DNA from: Octopus bimaculoides
Lineage: Eukaryota
NCBI RefSeq assembly: GCF_001194135.2
Contig: NC_068999.1
Location: 6,757,421-6,807,371 of the forward strand
Length of the DNA: 49,951 bases
Direction of reading: 5' to 3'
Part shown: positions 47,281 to 49,951 of the stretch, piece by piece
Position numbering within the stretch: the first letter of the stretch is position 1
Layout of the letters: every line of letters begins with the position of its first letter
Notes under the pieces: model-generated
Told to the model about the DNA's origin: nothing
Databases searched by the model: none
The model's input: only the letters and a program-made list of their open reading frames with translations
Position numbers and translations under genes: made by a program

Positions 47281-49137
47281 CAAATATTGCAAAGCACTGT
47301 ACAAGGTTCAAACAATCCTGCTGGTCCACTCCACTTAGATCTTTAACAAAAGCACAAAACCTCAAATTTGGGAAATGGTGGGGTATAGCCCCCCAGTTAT
47401 AGCAGCCCCAGTACTTAACTGCTACTTTATTTTATCAAATCTTGGAGGGGTAAAAAGCAAAGATGACTTCAGCAAGATTTGAACTCGGAATATAAAGGTG
47501 TGTAACGAAATACAGTACAGCATTACGTTTGGTGTGCTAAAGATTGTATTCTATTCTGCTAAGCCACGATATAATCTCTAACATAAGCTGAAGCTGTGTT
47601 TTTGTGGGGAAGGGTACAGTTGATTTGATCAAGCCCTCCACATAATTTTTATCAACCATGAAAGGAATGAAAGAGAAAGTCAACCACAAGATTAAAAAGA
47701 AAAACATGGGAAGGTGAAGGGGGAGTGTTGGGGCTAAATATAAAAACATTCAGTCTGATGCATTAACTGATGATGATGATGATGATAATAATAATAATAA
47801 TAACAGCAGCAGCAGTAATTTCCCTTCGCATCTATTCAGCAACGATGCACACACTGTATGAATAATTTATTCAAGTGTGCACATCTGTGAAACTACATCA
47901 CCAGATCAAACACGTGTGCAGTAAACCAACTTTAGAATTATGAGAATAATAGCAGAACCTAGATAATGAGCGTGAAAGTTTTAATTATGTTTGTGTTGCT
48001 GTTCTTAATGTTAGCAATGCACCATGTATTAAATAGGTGTCCTGAAAATACAAAGCCTTGTTCATCATAGGTCACATTTTGGAAATTTACATATATAAAG
48101 CACACACGTGGGTGCGTGGTCAAGAAGTTTGCTTCCCAGCCACAAGGTTTCAAGTTCAGTCCCACTGCATGGCACCCTGGGGCAAGTGTCTTCTACTGAG
48201 CAAAATTGGTTGACAGGAACTAAAAGAAGCTAGTTGTGTATACATATAAGCATATAAATTTAAGGCCCAATATATAGATTCAAGTAACTCAGAAGCAACC
48301 ATAAAAAAGGGTTCTTATTAATTTATATCAATTTTATTATTATTATTGTCTTCCATAATATTTTAAAATTTTGACTTTCATCTTCAAGAAACCACTTCAA
48401 TCGTTACTTAAAACCTCTTTTAGTAATAGTCATAATAGGAGGCGGTGAGGGGTGGCGGAGCTTGAAAAGGCGGTGGCTGTTGTTTAGCCGCCCCAGGTCA
48501 GTTCTGATAGAGCAAACATAAAACCTGTGGTCAAACACCATTCTAACCATTGCTAGAATCTTTTCTTCTTGAATAGTGTAACACAGACATTATCATCATC
48601 ATCCAAGGTGTCCTTTTTATAAAATGAAAAGACATGATTTGAGAGAGAATTGGTTGCTATTTCTAGATCAAGCAACCATATAAGTGCTCCCCCTCCCTCA
48701 CACCGTCAACGAGGAATAGTCACTGAGACCTGTGCATGTGTGTGTGCATGCAAGTGCACATGCATGTACACATCCGTTCGTTTTGTTTAATGTGTTTTTT
48801 CCTGCCAGTACCACTTAGACAGCAGGTAATTGAAGTAGGATATTTACAACGGGATGCTCTTCCTGTCACCAACCCACACTTTACCATTAAGGGCTTTTTT
48901 TTTTCTAGTTGCAGAGGAATTCAAAAGCACCAATCTAACAAAGAATTTGTTGACAGGAAATATGAACAAAAGTCAATGGTTATAGCAATCATGGACCTCC
49001 ATGAAGATTTATGTTTTTCCTTGGGAAAGATACAATACCTACTTTCCCATTGCTTTTTGCTGGCTTATTTAGTTTCTCTGCTAGGCACCTGCTTTCCTGA
49101 GCTTACCTTTGAGGTACAGGAACTATTCAACCCTTAA

Positions 49138-49323
49138 CCCTTTAACATTCTGCCAAATTTAATGCTTAACTGCACATTATCTCCTAGCTTTGACAATTTT
49201 ATGATGCAACTTAATTCTTAGAATGTCATTGTAAGGTTGGTGTTAAAGGCCAGATTTGGTTGATTTGAACATAGTACCAATAGAATATTTTGGCCAGATA
49301 TGGTTGGTTTAAATGCTTGAGGG
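49138..49323. mobile_element. piggyBac-type MITE family 1 with intact TTAA target duplication
   Basis: TTAA|ccctttaacatt ... aatgcttgaggg|TTAA. Confidence 0.82.
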
Positions 49324-49897
49324 TTAAAGATATTAAATAAGACTTGTTCATGTGACATCAAGGCAAGTCCACACACACAGGTAAGCCTAAAAGACACCTC
49401 TCCTCAGAATCCTGTATGTATTATATTCTGTATGCTCATCCTCCCTTACTCGACCTACAACTGGAGTCTTCGACAAGAACTCCCACCCTGGGTCAGAGAG
49501 GACCTAAGGGCAGTGGTAACTCAGGAGTAACCTCACACTCCTCAAAACTCCTGAACTGGAGCCTCACCACTGGATGAAGTTCAATACTTTGCTTGAAACA
49601 AAGTCATAGATTCACCATCCTCTTCAACTCTTCTACGTGTTTCAGCTTGTGAGCTGCGGCCATGTTGTGGCACGCGTGTTTCATATCGCATATATTTGAC
49701 AGGATTAATACAGAGCCTTGATTAGTTATCATTAGTTGTATTCATGCAACATCTTGTAAGAAGCAAATCAATTCTATAAATGTTTCTTCAGTGCAGTAGA
49801 GCAAGTGAGCAAGCTTGCTGGTGATGAATTATACAAACACTAGGCAGCATTGGTGGCGGCAGTTGATCTTTCCTTTCAAACCAACGAAACTATATTT

Positions 49898-49951
<54 letters not shown>
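49898..49951. repeat. (CA)n microsatellite
   Basis: Read directly; further (AT)n/(CA)n arrays at 1-34, 1884-2238 and 26925-26987. Confidence 0.95.

Overview
Eukaryotic, intron-rich, AT-rich and microsatellite-rich genomic DNA from a draft assembly with 7 N-gaps. The SINE families and the (CAT)n/(AT)n/(CA)n density point to an octopus (coleoid cephalopod); this is an inference. The window is dominated by one minus-strand gene, U2SURP/SR140 (U2 snRNP-associated SURP-motif protein: RRM, SURP, CID and RS-rich tail). I traced 22 coding exons by hand from 39042 down to the stop at 4957. All have GT-AG boundaries and consistent phases (1890 nt + 900 nt, about 929 visible codons). One conserved CID exon is missing, probably inside the N-gap at 14259-14707, and I did not find the first (ATG) exon. 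Introns hold several SINE families, Tc1/mariner, hAT and piggyBac-type MITEs, a Tx1/L1-like LINE fragment and Penelope-like termini. The most interesting non-TE signals are a 125-nt intronic hairpin whose G-U pairs favour the transcribed strand (26434-26558), and a cluster of candidate alternative or poison exons between the RRM and SURP exons, one of which carries a strong-context ATG in frame with the SURP exon (23123-23760). Two further fold-back structures in the pre-mRNA could be A-to-I editing substrates.
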